Shown: positions 45,863 through 54,737, counted from the first letter of the stretch. The stretch: DNA of 64,000 bases from Acidobacteriota bacterium (GCA_050257975.1 JBLMXY010000016.1:1236-65235), one strand, 5' to 3'. The notes: generated from the sequence alone by a model not told the origin. A program made the numbers and translations.

Positions 45863-46602
45863 CGCGTCACGTCCGATTCGACCCGGCCGTCGTGGAGCGA
45901 CACGACGCGCCGCGCCCGCGCGACGACCCGCGGATCGTGCGTCGCGAACAGGAACGCGACGCCGCCCGAGGCGCAGACCTCGCGCATCAGGTCCAGGATT
46001 CCCTCGGCGGTGTGGGAGTCGAGGTTCGCGGTCGGCTCGTCCGCGAAGACGACGTCGGGCCGGTTCGCCAGCGCCCGCGCGATCGCCACCCGCTGGCGCT
46101 GGCCGCCCGAGAGCAGGTCCGGACGGACACCGTACTTGCCCGCGAGCCCGACCGCGTCGAGCAGCTCTCGCGCCCGCTTGGCGCGCTCCGCCGCCGGCAC
46201 GCCGGCGAGCACCATGGGATAGGCCACGTTTTCCTCGGCCGAGAGGACGGCGATCAGGTTGAAGGTCTGGAAGACGAACCCGAAGCGGTCGCGCCGCAGG
46301 TCCGAGCGCGTGTCCTCGGGGAGGCCTCCCGCCTCGACGCCGGCAATGTCGATCTCCCCCTGATCGGGCCGGTCGAGCAGGCCGAGGAGGTTGAGCAGCG
46401 TCGTCTTGCCCGAGCCGCTCGGCCCCTGCAGGGCGACGAACTCGCCCCGCGAGATCGCGAGCGAGACGTCCTGCACCGCGGGCACCACTGAAGCACCGAG
46501 GCGGTAGAACCGGGAAACCCCGCGCGCGGCGACCAGAGGAGAGGCGGCGGCCGCTCCCCTCCCGCCCGAGACCTGCGTTTCCCTCGACGGTGTGCGCGAC
46601 AC
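45859..46602 (-). CDS. ABC transporter ATP-binding protein (MacB/LolD-like)
   Basis: ORF 45859..46602. Walker A GPSGSGKTTLLN, signature LSGGQRQRVAIARAL and Walker B VVFADEPT. Confidence 0.9.
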   Translation of the reverse strand: MSRTPSRETQVSGGRGAAAASPLVAARGVSRFYRLGASVVPAVQDVSLAISRGEFVALQGPSGSGKTTLLNLLGLLDRPDQGEIDIAGVEAGGLPEDTRSDLRRDRFGFVFQTFNLIAVLSAEENVAYPMVLAGVPAAERAKRARELLDAVGLAGKYGVRPDLLSGGQRQRVAIARALANRPDVVFADEPTANLDSHTAEGILDLMREVCASGGVAFLFATHDPRVVARARRVVSLHDGRVESDVTR

Positions 46603-46817
46603 TCCTGCCCTCCCAAGGCGGCCGCAGTTTAGCCCGCCGCTCGCCCTTCGGGCACCTATCGAGGCGCCGCCGGCTGACAGGCGCGCCGAGTCCGTGTTAC
46701 CTTTCCGATGCCCCGGCCATTTCTTCGGAGGAGATTTGTCGCCTCCATCGACACATCGGTCCGGTCCCGCGGCCGGCCGCCGGCTCCGCGCGGGCGCGCG
46801 CCCCTCGAGGTGAGCCG

Positions 46818-48857
46818 TTGATCGGCATCCTGCTCCTCGCCCTGGCGCTCTCCGACGGCCCGCAGGCCGCCGACAAGCCCGCCGCCGCCCAGACCCCCCG
46901 CGTCCATGAGAACATGGTCGTCACGGCCGAGCGAGGCCCCGAGCCCCGCGAGGAGACCCCGGCCTCGGTCTCCGTCCTGACCCGCGCCGAGATCGAGCGT
47001 CTGCCCGCGCAGGACCTCTCGGAGCTGCTCGAGTTCCTGCCCGGCTTCCACGCTCTGTTTCGCGAGAGCTTCGGAGGCCCGCCGCCGATCGTCACCTCGC
47101 GCGGCTTCTTCGGGGGCGGCGAGGCCGAGTACGTGCAGCTTCGCATCGACGGCGTCCCGGTCGAGGACGTCGAGTCGGGGCTCGCCGACTGGAGACGAAT
47201 CCGCGCCGCCGACATCGAGCGCGTGGAGGCGCTGCGGGGGCCGGCCTCCTCCCTCTACGGCGACACGGCCCTGGGCGGCATCGTCCAGGTCTTCACCCGC
47301 AGCGCCCCGGGCCACGGCGGCGCCGCCTCGGTCTCGGCCTCCGGGGGAAGCTTCGGCACGGCCGCGGCGGATCTCTCCTACGGCTTCGGACGTGAGAGCT
47401 TTCAGGGCGGCGCGTCCGGGACGTACTTCCGAACGGACGGCTACCGCGATCACAACGCCGAGGAGACAGGCATCCTGGGTTTGACGACTTCCGGAGCGCT
47501 TTCGGGCGGCAGGTGGTCGGTCGACCTGGATCTCGACCGCACGAACCGGGAGGACCCGGGAGCCCTGCTCTCGGACCAGTACGCGAGCGACGACCGGATG
47601 TCCGATCCGCTGTACCGCTTCGACCGCTCGGACACCGACCGGGGCCGCCTGGCGCTCTCCTTCCGGCAGCCCTCCGGTCCCGTCCCCTTCCAGGCCACGC
47701 TCTACGGCGCCCTGCGCAGCGCCGGGATCCTGCGCACCCTTCCCGTGGCGCCCGGCCTCGGAAACCGGACGTTCCGCGACCTTCACTCGGGCGCCTTCGG
47801 AGGGATCCTCGAGGGCGAGAGGTCGTTCCGGCTCTTCGAGCGCGAGGGCCTCCTGCGCCTCGGGGCCGAGCTCGCCCGGGAGACGCTCCACACGAACTAT
47901 CGATTCGTGGACGACGACGGCCAGAAGGGCCCGGTCGTCTCGAGCGAGGACGGCGCGCGCGGCCGCTCCGCCCTCTTCTTCACGGGCGACTACCGCGTGA
48001 CGGATCGCCTCCGGCTCTCCGGCGGCGTGCGCTGGGATCGGATCGCCGACGATTTCCAGGTCGAGGGAACCACTCAGACCAACGAGGCCTGGTCCCCGCG
48101 CGGCGGCGTCAACTTTCGCCTCGGCAACCTCGACCGGGCCCCGGTGGCTCTCTACTTCCAGTATTCGAAGGCCTTCAAGGCGCCGACGGTCGATCAGCTC
48201 TTCGACCCGCATCCCTTCGACGATTTCCAGGGGGGCACGATCTCGATCTCCAATCCCAATCTGGTTCCCCAGAAGGCCGAGAACTTCGAGGTCGGCGCCT
48301 CGCAGGAGAGCCGCGACCTGCGCTGGGAGGTCCTCGCCTACCGGATGACCGTGGACAACGAGATCGACTTCGATCCCGCGACCTTCTCCTACCAGAACAT
48401 CGGGGCCAGCCTTCACCGCGGGGTCGAGGCGACCTTGCGGATCGCCGGCTGGCAGGCCGTGTCCCCCTTCGTGTCCTATGCCTGGACGCGGGTCGAGTCC
48501 CGCACGGGAGAGCACGAGGGCAAACAGTTGAAGAACGTTCCCGAGCACCTGGTCCGAGGGGGTCTCTCGATCGCGCTTCCGGCCGCGATCACCGCCGACG
48601 CGATCTGGACCTGGATGGGAAAGCGCTACCTCGACGACGACAACGTCTTCCCACTGGGCGACGTCTCCGTCGTGGACCTGAGGCTCTCCAAGAGCTTCGG
48701 CAAGCTCGCGGCGAGGCTCGATCTCTCCAACCTGACCAACGCGCGATACGCCCAGTACGGCTTCGCCCTGACGGACTTCTCGACGGGCCAGCCCGCGCCC
48801 TTCTACTACCCCGGCTCCCGCTTCGCGGCGCGGTTCGGGATCGACTGGAAGGATTGA
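46818..48857 (+). CDS. TonB-dependent receptor
   Basis: ORF 46590..48857. Plug domain (MVVTAERGPE...SVSVLTRAEIERLPAQDLSELLEFLPGF) and a beta-barrel ending ...RFGIDWKD. The start is uncertain; TTG 46818, before the signal-like LIGILLLALAL, is my best guess. Confidence 0.8.
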   Translation: MIGILLLALALSDGPQAADKPAAAQTPRVHENMVVTAERGPEPREETPASVSVLTRAEIERLPAQDLSELLEFLPGFHALFRESFGGPPPIVTSRGFFGGGEAEYVQLRIDGVPVEDVESGLADWRRIRAADIERVEALRGPASSLYGDTALGGIVQVFTRSAPGHGGAASVSASGGSFGTAAADLSYGFGRESFQGGASGTYFRTDGYRDHNAEETGILGLTTSGALSGGRWSVDLDLDRTNREDPGALLSDQYASDDRMSDPLYRFDRSDTDRGRLALSFRQPSGPVPFQATLYGALRSAGILRTLPVAPGLGNRTFRDLHSGAFGGILEGERSFRLFEREGLLRLGAELARETLHTNYRFVDDDGQKGPVVSSEDGARGRSALFFTGDYRVTDRLRLSGGVRWDRIADDFQVEGTTQTNEAWSPRGGVNFRLGNLDRAPVALYFQYSKAFKAPTVDQLFDPHPFDDFQGGTISISNPNLVPQKAENFEVGASQESRDLRWEVLAYRMTVDNEIDFDPATFSYQNIGASLHRGVEATLRIAGWQAVSPFVSYAWTRVESRTGEHEGKQLKNVPEHLVRGGLSIALPAAITADAIWTWMGKRYLDDDNVFPLGDVSVVDLRLSKSFGKLAARLDLSNLTNARYAQYGFALTDFSTGQPAPFYYPGSRFAARFGIDWKD

Positions 48858-48897
48858 ACCGCGGAACGGCCGCACCCGCGGGACGCCGCCGCTTCAT

Positions 48898-48925
48898 GAA
48901 ACCCTGAGTCGGGACATGCATCCAA
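48898..48925 (+). promoter_or_regulatory. ECF-type promoter candidate GAAAC-N15-GCATCCAA (upstream of the anti-sigma/sigma pair)
   Basis: GAAAC at 48898-48902 and GCATCCAA at 48918-48925. GTG of the anti-sigma gene is at 48975. Confidence 0.6.
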
Positions 48926-48974
48926 CGATCGTGCGCCGAACGCTCGCTTCGAGACGATTCCCGGGGGCCGGCCG

Positions 48975-49238
48975 GTGACTCTCCGCCCCTACCTGCCCTG
49001 CCGGGAGATCATCGATTTTCTGTATCTCTATCTCTCCGGCGAGCTTCCGGAGGAGGAGAAGGCCGAGTTCGACCGGCACCTGGGCGTCTGCGACTCCTGC
49101 GTCCACTACATCGAGACCTACCGGCAGACGATCGCGCTCGGGCAGGCCGCCTTCGCGGATCCCGAGGAGCTGGAGAAGACCGGGATTCCAGACGAGCTCG
49201 TCGCGGCGATCCAGACCTCGCGCCGGCGGACTCCCTAG
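48975..49238 (+). CDS. soluble zinc-binding anti-sigma factor (ZAS, RsrA-like)
   Basis: ORF 48975..49238, 87 aa, no TM. Cys9 ... His35-x3-Cys39-x2-Cys42 (HLGVCDSC). Sits immediately upstream of an ECF sigma gene. Confidence 0.75.
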   Translation: MTLRPYLPCREIIDFLYLYLSGELPEEEKAEFDRHLGVCDSCVHYIETYRQTIALGQAAFADPEELEKTGIPDELVAAIQTSRRRTP

Positions 49239-49266
49239 GCGGGCCGCGTCGAGCCGACCCCGCGCC

Positions 49267-49926
49267 ATGGAAACACCCGCAAGCCCGGAATCCCGCTCCG
49301 TTCCGGGGCACGGTGTCGAGGGACACTCCTCCACGGGCGTCGCGGAGGCGTCGCTCGTCGCCCGCCTGCGCCAGGGCGAAGAGGACGCCTTCGAGACGGT
49401 CGTCCGCGAGTACGGAGGGCGCCTTCTCACGGTGGCGCGGCGTTTCCTGCGCAACGAGGAGGACGCCCGCGACGCGGTCCAGGAGGCCTTCCTCTCGGCC
49501 TTCCGGGCCCTGCCGACCTTCGAGGAGAGCAGCCGCCTCTCGACCTGGCTCCACCGGATCGTCATCAACGCGTCGCTGATGAGGCTGCGCAGCCGCAAGC
49601 GCAAGGCCGAGGAGTCGATCGAGGACCTGCTCCCCCGGTTCGTCGAGGACGGCCACCAGGCCGAGCCCTCCGTCCGGTGGGAGGCCTCCGCGGAAACCCT
49701 GCTCGTACGGGCCGAGACGCGCGCGCTCGTCCGGCGCTCGATCGACCGCCTCCCGGAGACGCACCGCACCGTTCTCCTGATGCGGGACATCGAGGAGCTC
49801 TCGACCGAGGAGTGCGCCCGGCTGCTCGGCGTGACCGAGAACGCCGTCAAGATCCGTCTCCACCGGGCCCGCCAGGCCCTGCGCGGACTGCTCGACCCTC
49901 ACCTGCGCCGGGCGGTGACGTCCTGA
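49267..49926 (+). CDS. ECF RNA polymerase sigma factor
   Basis: ORF 49267..49926. Region 2 is FETVVREYGGRLLTVARRFLRNEEDARDAVQEAFLSAFRALPTFEE..STWLHRIVINASLMRLR. Region 4 is LLMRDIEELSTEECARLLGVTENAVKIRLHRARQAL. Confidence 0.9.
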   Translation: METPASPESRSVPGHGVEGHSSTGVAEASLVARLRQGEEDAFETVVREYGGRLLTVARRFLRNEEDARDAVQEAFLSAFRALPTFEESSRLSTWLHRIVINASLMRLRSRKRKAEESIEDLLPRFVEDGHQAEPSVRWEASAETLLVRAETRALVRRSIDRLPETHRTVLLMRDIEELSTEECARLLGVTENAVKIRLHRARQALRGLLDPHLRRAVTS

Positions 49927-49934
49927 GGCATGCG

Positions 49935-50219
49935 GTGAGCGCGAAGGCCGCCGCGGAATTCCCGGACTCCTTCTACGGCCGGGCGTCTCACTTCACCTGT
50001 GGAGGCGCGTCCTGCCCGGCCCGCGCGGGGAAGGACGACGGCGACCGGATGGTCGCGCGGCTCGTGCGGGCCGCCTACCGCGACACCGGCTCCGCCGAGA
50101 TCCCCGGCGAGCTCCTGCGGCGCATCCTTTCGCTGCGCGAGGACATGATGAGCGGCCTCGTGAGCGTTCTCGCGGGCCTCGCCGTCTCTCCGCTGCTCGT
50201 CCTGACGGTCGGGCGCTGA
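49935..50219 (+). CDS. hypothetical small protein with a C-terminal TM segment
   Basis: GTG 49935 inside ORF 49677..50219. The hydrophobic tail is GLVSVLAGLAVSPLLVLTV. I recognise no family, and coding status is uncertain. Confidence 0.3.
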   Translation: MSAKAAAEFPDSFYGRASHFTCGGASCPARAGKDDGDRMVARLVRAAYRDTGSAEIPGELLRRILSLREDMMSGLVSVLAGLAVSPLLVLTVGR

Positions 50220-50252
50220 GTCGCGCGCCCCGCGGGGCCGATCGGCAGGCGA

Positions 50253-50280
50253 GAAACGCTCCGCGCCCGAGGGCATCCAA
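50253..50280 (+). promoter_or_regulatory. ECF-type promoter candidate GAAAC-N15-GCATCCAA (at the debranching-enzyme gene)
   Basis: GAAAC at 50253-50257 and GCATCCAA at 50273-50280. The last A of the motif is the A of the annotated ATG. Confidence 0.5.
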
Positions 50281-52340
50281 TGGTCCGGAGGCGATGCCTG
50301 AGCGATACGACGCGAACGATCACCGACTCGCAGGGGCGCGAGTCTCTGGCCGAGACCGAGTGGCTCGAGGCGGACGGCCTCGGAGGCTTCGCCGCGGGCA
50401 CGGCGGGCCTCGCGCGCACCCGCCGGTACCATGCCTTGCTCCTCACGGCCACGGCGCCCCCCGCCGGCCGCATGGTTTTGGTCAACGGGCTCGAAGCCTG
50501 GGTCGAGACGCCGGCCGGCCGCTTACCCTTCTCTTCCCAGGTCTACCTGCCCGACGTCGTGTCCCCCGACGGCCTGGCGCGGCTCGAAGCCTTCCAGTCC
50601 GACCCGTGGCCGCGCTGGACTTTCTGCCTCGAAGACGGGACGCGCGTCGAGCAGGAAATCTTCGTGTCCCGCAGGACGGCCGAGTGCGTCCTGACCTGGC
50701 GCCTCTGTCCCGGAGCCTCGTCGCAAGCCCGCCTCTCGATCCGGCCTCTCGTGTCCGGCCGCGACTACCATGCCCTCCACCACGAGAATCCCGGCTTCCG
50801 CTTCGATCCCGAGATCCGGGGTGAGACGGTCGCCTGGCGCCCCTACGAGGGGGTGCCCGGCATCGCGGCGTCCCACAACGGGCGGTACGAGCACGAGCCC
50901 CTCTGGTACCGAAACTTCCTCTACCGCGAGGAGCAGGCGCGCGGCCTCGACTGCGCCGAAGACCTGGCCGCGCCCGGGGTCTTCCACTACGACCTTTCGC
51001 GCGGCGAGGCGATCCTGATCCTGGGAGCGCTGCCGTATGGCGCCGCCGCGCCGGCCCCGGCCGGAGACGCCGCGGGCCGCGCGCGGACGCTGCGCGCCGA
51101 GGAGAAGCGCCGCCGCCTCGCGTATCCCTCGATCCTCCACCGCGCCGTCGACGACTACGTCGTGCCGCGCGGGTCCGGAAGGACGATCCTCGCGGGCTAT
51201 CCCTGGTTCACCGACTGGGGACGCGACACGTTCATCGCGCTGCGGGGCCTCTGCCTCGCAACCGGGCGGCTGGACGACGCCCGCGAGATCCTGCTCGGCT
51301 GGTCAGACGCCGTCTCCGAAGGGATGCTCCCCAACCGGTTCCCGGACCGAGGAGACGAGCCGGAGTTCAACGCCGTGGACGCCTCGCTCTGGTACGTCGT
51401 GGCGGCGCGCGACTACCTCGCGGCACGGAAGAGCTCCGGACGGCCGGCCTCCGAGCACGAGCGGGAGAAGCTCGCGCGCGCGATCGGGGAGATCCTGACG
51501 GGGTACGAGCGCGGAACCCGCTACGACATCCGCGCGGACTCCGACGGCCTGCTCGCCGCGGGCGTGCCGGGCGTGCAGCTGACGTGGATGGACGCGCGCG
51601 TCGGAGACCGGGTCGTGACACCGCGCATCGGCAAGCCCGTCGAGGTCCAGGCGCTCTGGATCAACGCGCTCAAGGTCGGGGGCGCCTTCGACCGGCGTTT
51701 CCTCGCCCTGGCCGAGATCGCGTCCGCCTCCTTCGGCCGGCGATTCTGGAACGAGGAGGCCGGAGCGCTTTACGACGTGGTGGACGTGGATCACGTCCCG
51801 GGAACCGCGGACCCGACATTCCGGCCCAACCAGATCTTCGCGGTCGGAGGCCTGCCCTACCCGGTCCTGGAAGGAGAGCGGGCGCGGCGCGTCGTGGACG
51901 CCGTCGAGCGGAAGCTCTGGACGCCGCTCGGGCTGCGATCGCTGGCACCCGGGGAGCCTTCCTACACCGGCCGCTACGAGGGAGGGCCCGCCTCGCGCGA
52001 CGGCGCCTACCACCAGGGAACGGTCTGGCCCTGGCTGACCGGGGCATTCGTCGAGGCCTGGCTGCGGGTGCGTGGCGGCGGAGCCGCCGCCAGGCGCGAA
52101 GCGCGCGAGCGCTTCCTGGCGCCGCTTCAGGCGCACCTTTCCGAGGCCGGGCTCGGGCACGTTTCGGAGATCGCCGACGCCGATCCCCCGCACCGCCCGC
52201 GGGGCTGCCCGTTCCAGGCCTGGTCGGTGGGCGAGGCCCTGCGCCTCGAGCTGCAGATTCTGGCCGAGCCGAAGACGACCGTCCTCTCCGAGCCGGCGAG
52301 GCCTCCGGCCGGCCCGGCCGGTCTTCGCCTCGCGCGCTAG
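50280..52340 (+). CDS. glycogen debranching enzyme family protein (GDE N-terminal domain plus amylo-alpha-1,6-glucosidase domain)
   Basis: ORF 50280..52340. Contains EWLEADGLGGFAAGTAGLARTRRYHALL, a bacterial GDE N-terminus, and the C-terminal GDE_C pattern (...YHQGTVWPWL...). The start conflicts with the promoter-like motif; see findings. Confidence 0.82.
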   Translation: MVRRRCLSDTTRTITDSQGRESLAETEWLEADGLGGFAAGTAGLARTRRYHALLLTATAPPAGRMVLVNGLEAWVETPAGRLPFSSQVYLPDVVSPDGLARLEAFQSDPWPRWTFCLEDGTRVEQEIFVSRRTAECVLTWRLCPGASSQARLSIRPLVSGRDYHALHHENPGFRFDPEIRGETVAWRPYEGVPGIAASHNGRYEHEPLWYRNFLYREEQARGLDCAEDLAAPGVFHYDLSRGEAILILGALPYGAAAPAPAGDAAGRARTLRAEEKRRRLAYPSILHRAVDDYVVPRGSGRTILAGYPWFTDWGRDTFIALRGLCLATGRLDDAREILLGWSDAVSEGMLPNRFPDRGDEPEFNAVDASLWYVVAARDYLAARKSSGRPASEHEREKLARAIGEILTGYERGTRYDIRADSDGLLAAGVPGVQLTWMDARVGDRVVTPRIGKPVEVQALWINALKVGGAFDRRFLALAEIASASFGRRFWNEEAGALYDVVDVDHVPGTADPTFRPNQIFAVGGLPYPVLEGERARRVVDAVERKLWTPLGLRSLAPGEPSYTGRYEGGPASRDGAYHQGTVWPWLTGAFVEAWLRVRGGGAAARREARERFLAPLQAHLSEAGLGHVSEIADADPPHRPRGCPFQAWSVGEALRLELQILAEPKTTVLSEPARPPAGPAGLRLAR

Positions 52341-52363
52341 GCTCGCGCGGCCCGCACGAGACC

Positions 52364-53818
52364 ATGGAGCCGCGGATCTCCCACGCGCACTCCCCCCTGC
52401 CGTCGGGCGTGCCCTCGACGCCGGCGCGCCTCTCGGCCGACGACCGGCACGCCGGGCGCGGCGTCGTCATGGCCTTCCTCGATTCCGGCTTCTTTCCTCA
52501 CCCCGACCTGACTTCTCCCGAGAACCGCATCGTCGCCTTCCACGCCCTCGAGGCGCCGGGACGTGCCCTCGACCCGGAGCGCGATCCGGACGACTCCGAC
52601 TGGCACGGCACGCAGACCTCGGTCGTGGCCGCCGGAAGCGGCTTTCTCTCCGGCGGCGTCTACCGCGGCCTCGCTCCGGAGGCCCGCCTCGTCCTCGTGA
52701 AGGTCGGCCGCGGCGGGCGCATCGGCGACGCGGATCTGGCCCGCGCGCTCGAGTGGATCCTCGCCCACCACGAGCGCTACGGCATCCGCGTCGTGAACGT
52801 CTCGCTCGGGGCGGACCGCGACGCGCCCCTCTCCGAAAACCGGGTCAACCGCCTCGCCGAAGAGGTCGTTTCGCGCGGCATCGTGCTCGTGGCCGCCGCT
52901 GGAAACTCCGGCTGCACGGACAGGCCGCACTCGCTGCCCCCCGCGACCGCCCCTTCCGCCATCACGGCCGGCGGGTACGACGACTCGGGCGACCCGTCGC
53001 TCTCCCGGCTCTCCCTCTACTGCTCGAGCTTCGGGCCGACGGCCGACGGCCTGTCGAAGCCCGAGTTGATTGCGCTCGCCTCCGGCGTGGCGGCGCCGAT
53101 TCTCCCGCGCACCGCCGCGTATCGCCGCGCCGTGGCCCTCTCGCGCCTGATGGCCGCGCCGGACGCCATCCTGCCGGCCCTGCTCGAGGACCTGCGGGAG
53201 GAGGGCGTCGACCTGCCCGCGCTCGCCGGATCGCCGGCCGACGGCGTGCGCCGGTGGGCGCGGGAGACGGCAAGCCGCGAGAAGCTCGTCGCCGCGCACT
53301 ACCAGCGCGTCGACGGCACGTCCTTCGCCGCGCCAATCGTCTCGGCCGTCGTCGCGCAGATGCTCGAAGCCAACCCGGCGCTCACCCCGGCGGCGGTCAA
53401 GCACCTGCTCGCCAGGACGGCCGGACGCATCCCGGGACTGCCGGTCGAACGCCAGGGCTCGGGCGTCCTCGACGCCCGGCGCGCCGTCGAGGCCGCGCTG
53501 TGGGAGCGCCACGGCGGCTCGGCCACGGCCTTCGGCGGGCCCCGCATCGCGGGAAGAAGCCTCCTCTTCTCCTATCACGACGACGCGGCGGCCCGCGTCT
53601 CGGTCGTCGGAGACTTCAACGGCTGGAATCCCGGCCGGGCGCCGCTCGCCAGGGACTCCGACGGCGTCTGGCGCGCCGAAGTGCCGCTACCTCCGCCGGG
53701 ACGCTACCGCTACAAGCTGTTCGTGGACGAAAGCCGCTGGGTCGAGGACCCGGACAACGGCGCAAGGGTGCCCGACCCCTACGGCGCCTTCGACTCGGTC
53801 ATCGAGATCCCGGCGTAG
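52364..53818 (+). CDS. S8 (subtilisin-family) serine peptidase with a C-terminal CBM48/AMPK-beta-like glycogen-binding domain
   Basis: ATG 52364 inside ORF 51584..53818. Catalytic triad contexts are AFLDSGF (Asp), HGTQTS (His) and GTSFAAP (Ser). The C-terminus is VSVVGDFNGWNPGRAPLARDSDGVWRAEVPLPPGRYRYKLFVDESRWVEDPDN. Confidence 0.8.
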   Translation: MEPRISHAHSPLPSGVPSTPARLSADDRHAGRGVVMAFLDSGFFPHPDLTSPENRIVAFHALEAPGRALDPERDPDDSDWHGTQTSVVAAGSGFLSGGVYRGLAPEARLVLVKVGRGGRIGDADLARALEWILAHHERYGIRVVNVSLGADRDAPLSENRVNRLAEEVVSRGIVLVAAAGNSGCTDRPHSLPPATAPSAITAGGYDDSGDPSLSRLSLYCSSFGPTADGLSKPELIALASGVAAPILPRTAAYRRAVALSRLMAAPDAILPALLEDLREEGVDLPALAGSPADGVRRWARETASREKLVAAHYQRVDGTSFAAPIVSAVVAQMLEANPALTPAAVKHLLARTAGRIPGLPVERQGSGVLDARRAVEAALWERHGGSATAFGGPRIAGRSLLFSYHDDAAARVSVVGDFNGWNPGRAPLARDSDGVWRAEVPLPPPGRYRYKLFVDESRWVEDPDNGARVPDPYGAFDSVIEIPA

Positions 53819-53826
53819 ATCGGCGC

Positions 53827-53854
53827 GAAACCCCTCCGCGCGCCGGGCATCCAA
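53827..53854 (+). promoter_or_regulatory. ECF-type promoter candidate GAAAC-N15-GCATCCAA (upstream of the MIP channel operon)
   Basis: GAAAC at 53827-53831 and GCATCCAA at 53847-53854. The in-frame GTG at 53860 lies only 5 nt further on. Confidence 0.55.
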
Positions 53855-53859
53855 CCCGC

Positions 53860-54735
53860 GTGCCTCTCGCCGAGACCCGCCTCGAAGGTAATCCGGCCGC
53901 GCCGGCCCGGGAATCAGGCGCGCTGGCGAGGGCGCTCGCCGGCCACTGGCCGGAGTACCTCATGGAGGCGGCCGAGCTCGGTCTCTTCATGGTCTCCGCC
54001 TGCCTCGTCACCGTCCTGCTCGAGCACCCCGACTCCCCGGCGAGGCAGGCGCTTCCCGATGCCTTCCTCCGTCGGCTGCTCACGGGGCTCGCGATGGGCG
54101 CGACCGCGGTCGCGATCGTCTTCTCTCCTCTCGGAAAGAGAAGCGGCGCGCACTTCAACCCGTCGGTGACCCTGGCCTTCTGGAGGCTCGGCAAGGTGGC
54201 CGGCCCGGACGCCTTCTTCTACGGCCTCTCGCAGTTTGGGGGCGCGGTCGCCGGTGTGGCGGTCGCGGGGGCCCTGGCCGGCCCGCGAATCGCGCATCCT
54301 TCGGTCCGCTACGCCGCGACGGAGCCAGGCCCGGGCGGATCGGCCGCCGCCTTCGCCGCGGAGGCCGCGATCTCCTTCCTGCTGATGTCCGTCGTCCTGC
54401 GGGTCTCCAACCACGCCCGCCTCGCGCGCTGGACGGGAGTGTTCGCCGGGTCGCTCGTCGCGCTCTTCATCGCGTTCGAGGCCCCGGTCTCCGGAATGAG
54501 CATGAACCCGGCGCGGACGTTCGGCTCCGCCGCGTGGGCCGGAGCCTTCCACCCGCTCTGGATCTACTTGACCGCGCCGCCGCTCGGAATGCTCGCCGCC
54601 GCGGAGGTCTACCGACGCTCCGCGGGAGCGCGCGCGGTGCACTGCGCCAAGCTCCATCACGAGAACCGCGAGCGCTGCATCTTTCGGTGCGACTACGCCT
54701 CGCTCGAGGCGGCCCGCGCGGGAAGAAAGGAGTGA
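53860..54735 (+). CDS. MIP/aquaporin-family channel
   Basis: This is the tail of ORF 52072..54735. The two half-helix motifs are HFNPSVT and MNPARTF. The segment HWPEYLMEAAELGLFMVSAC resembles conserved N-termini of this subfamily, which favours the GTG at 53860 over ATG 53962. Confidence 0.8.
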   Translation: MPLAETRLEGNPAAPARESGALARALAGHWPEYLMEAAELGLFMVSACLVTVLLEHPDSPARQALPDAFLRRLLTGLAMGATAVAIVFSPLGKRSGAHFNPSVTLAFWRLGKVAGPDAFFYGLSQFGGAVAGVAVAGALAGPRIAHPSVRYAATEPGPGGSAAAFAAEAAISFLLMSVVLRVSNHARLARWTGVFAGSLVALFIAFEAPVSGMSMNPARTFGSAAWAGAFHPLWIYLTAPPLGMLAAAEVYRRSAGARAVHCAKLHHENRERCIFRCDYASLEAARAGRKE

Positions 54736-54737
54736 CC

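Noticed and set aside
46603-46817. Possible riboswitch or leader RNA in the 215-nt gap upstream of the TonB-dependent receptor
   Set aside because: It contains small hairpins (GGAGG-N10-CCTCC; CGATG...CATCG). I could not find a B12 box, TPP (CUGAGA/ACCCU) or other riboswitch core, nor a Fur box. The receptor start itself is uncertain, so the gap length is unreliable.
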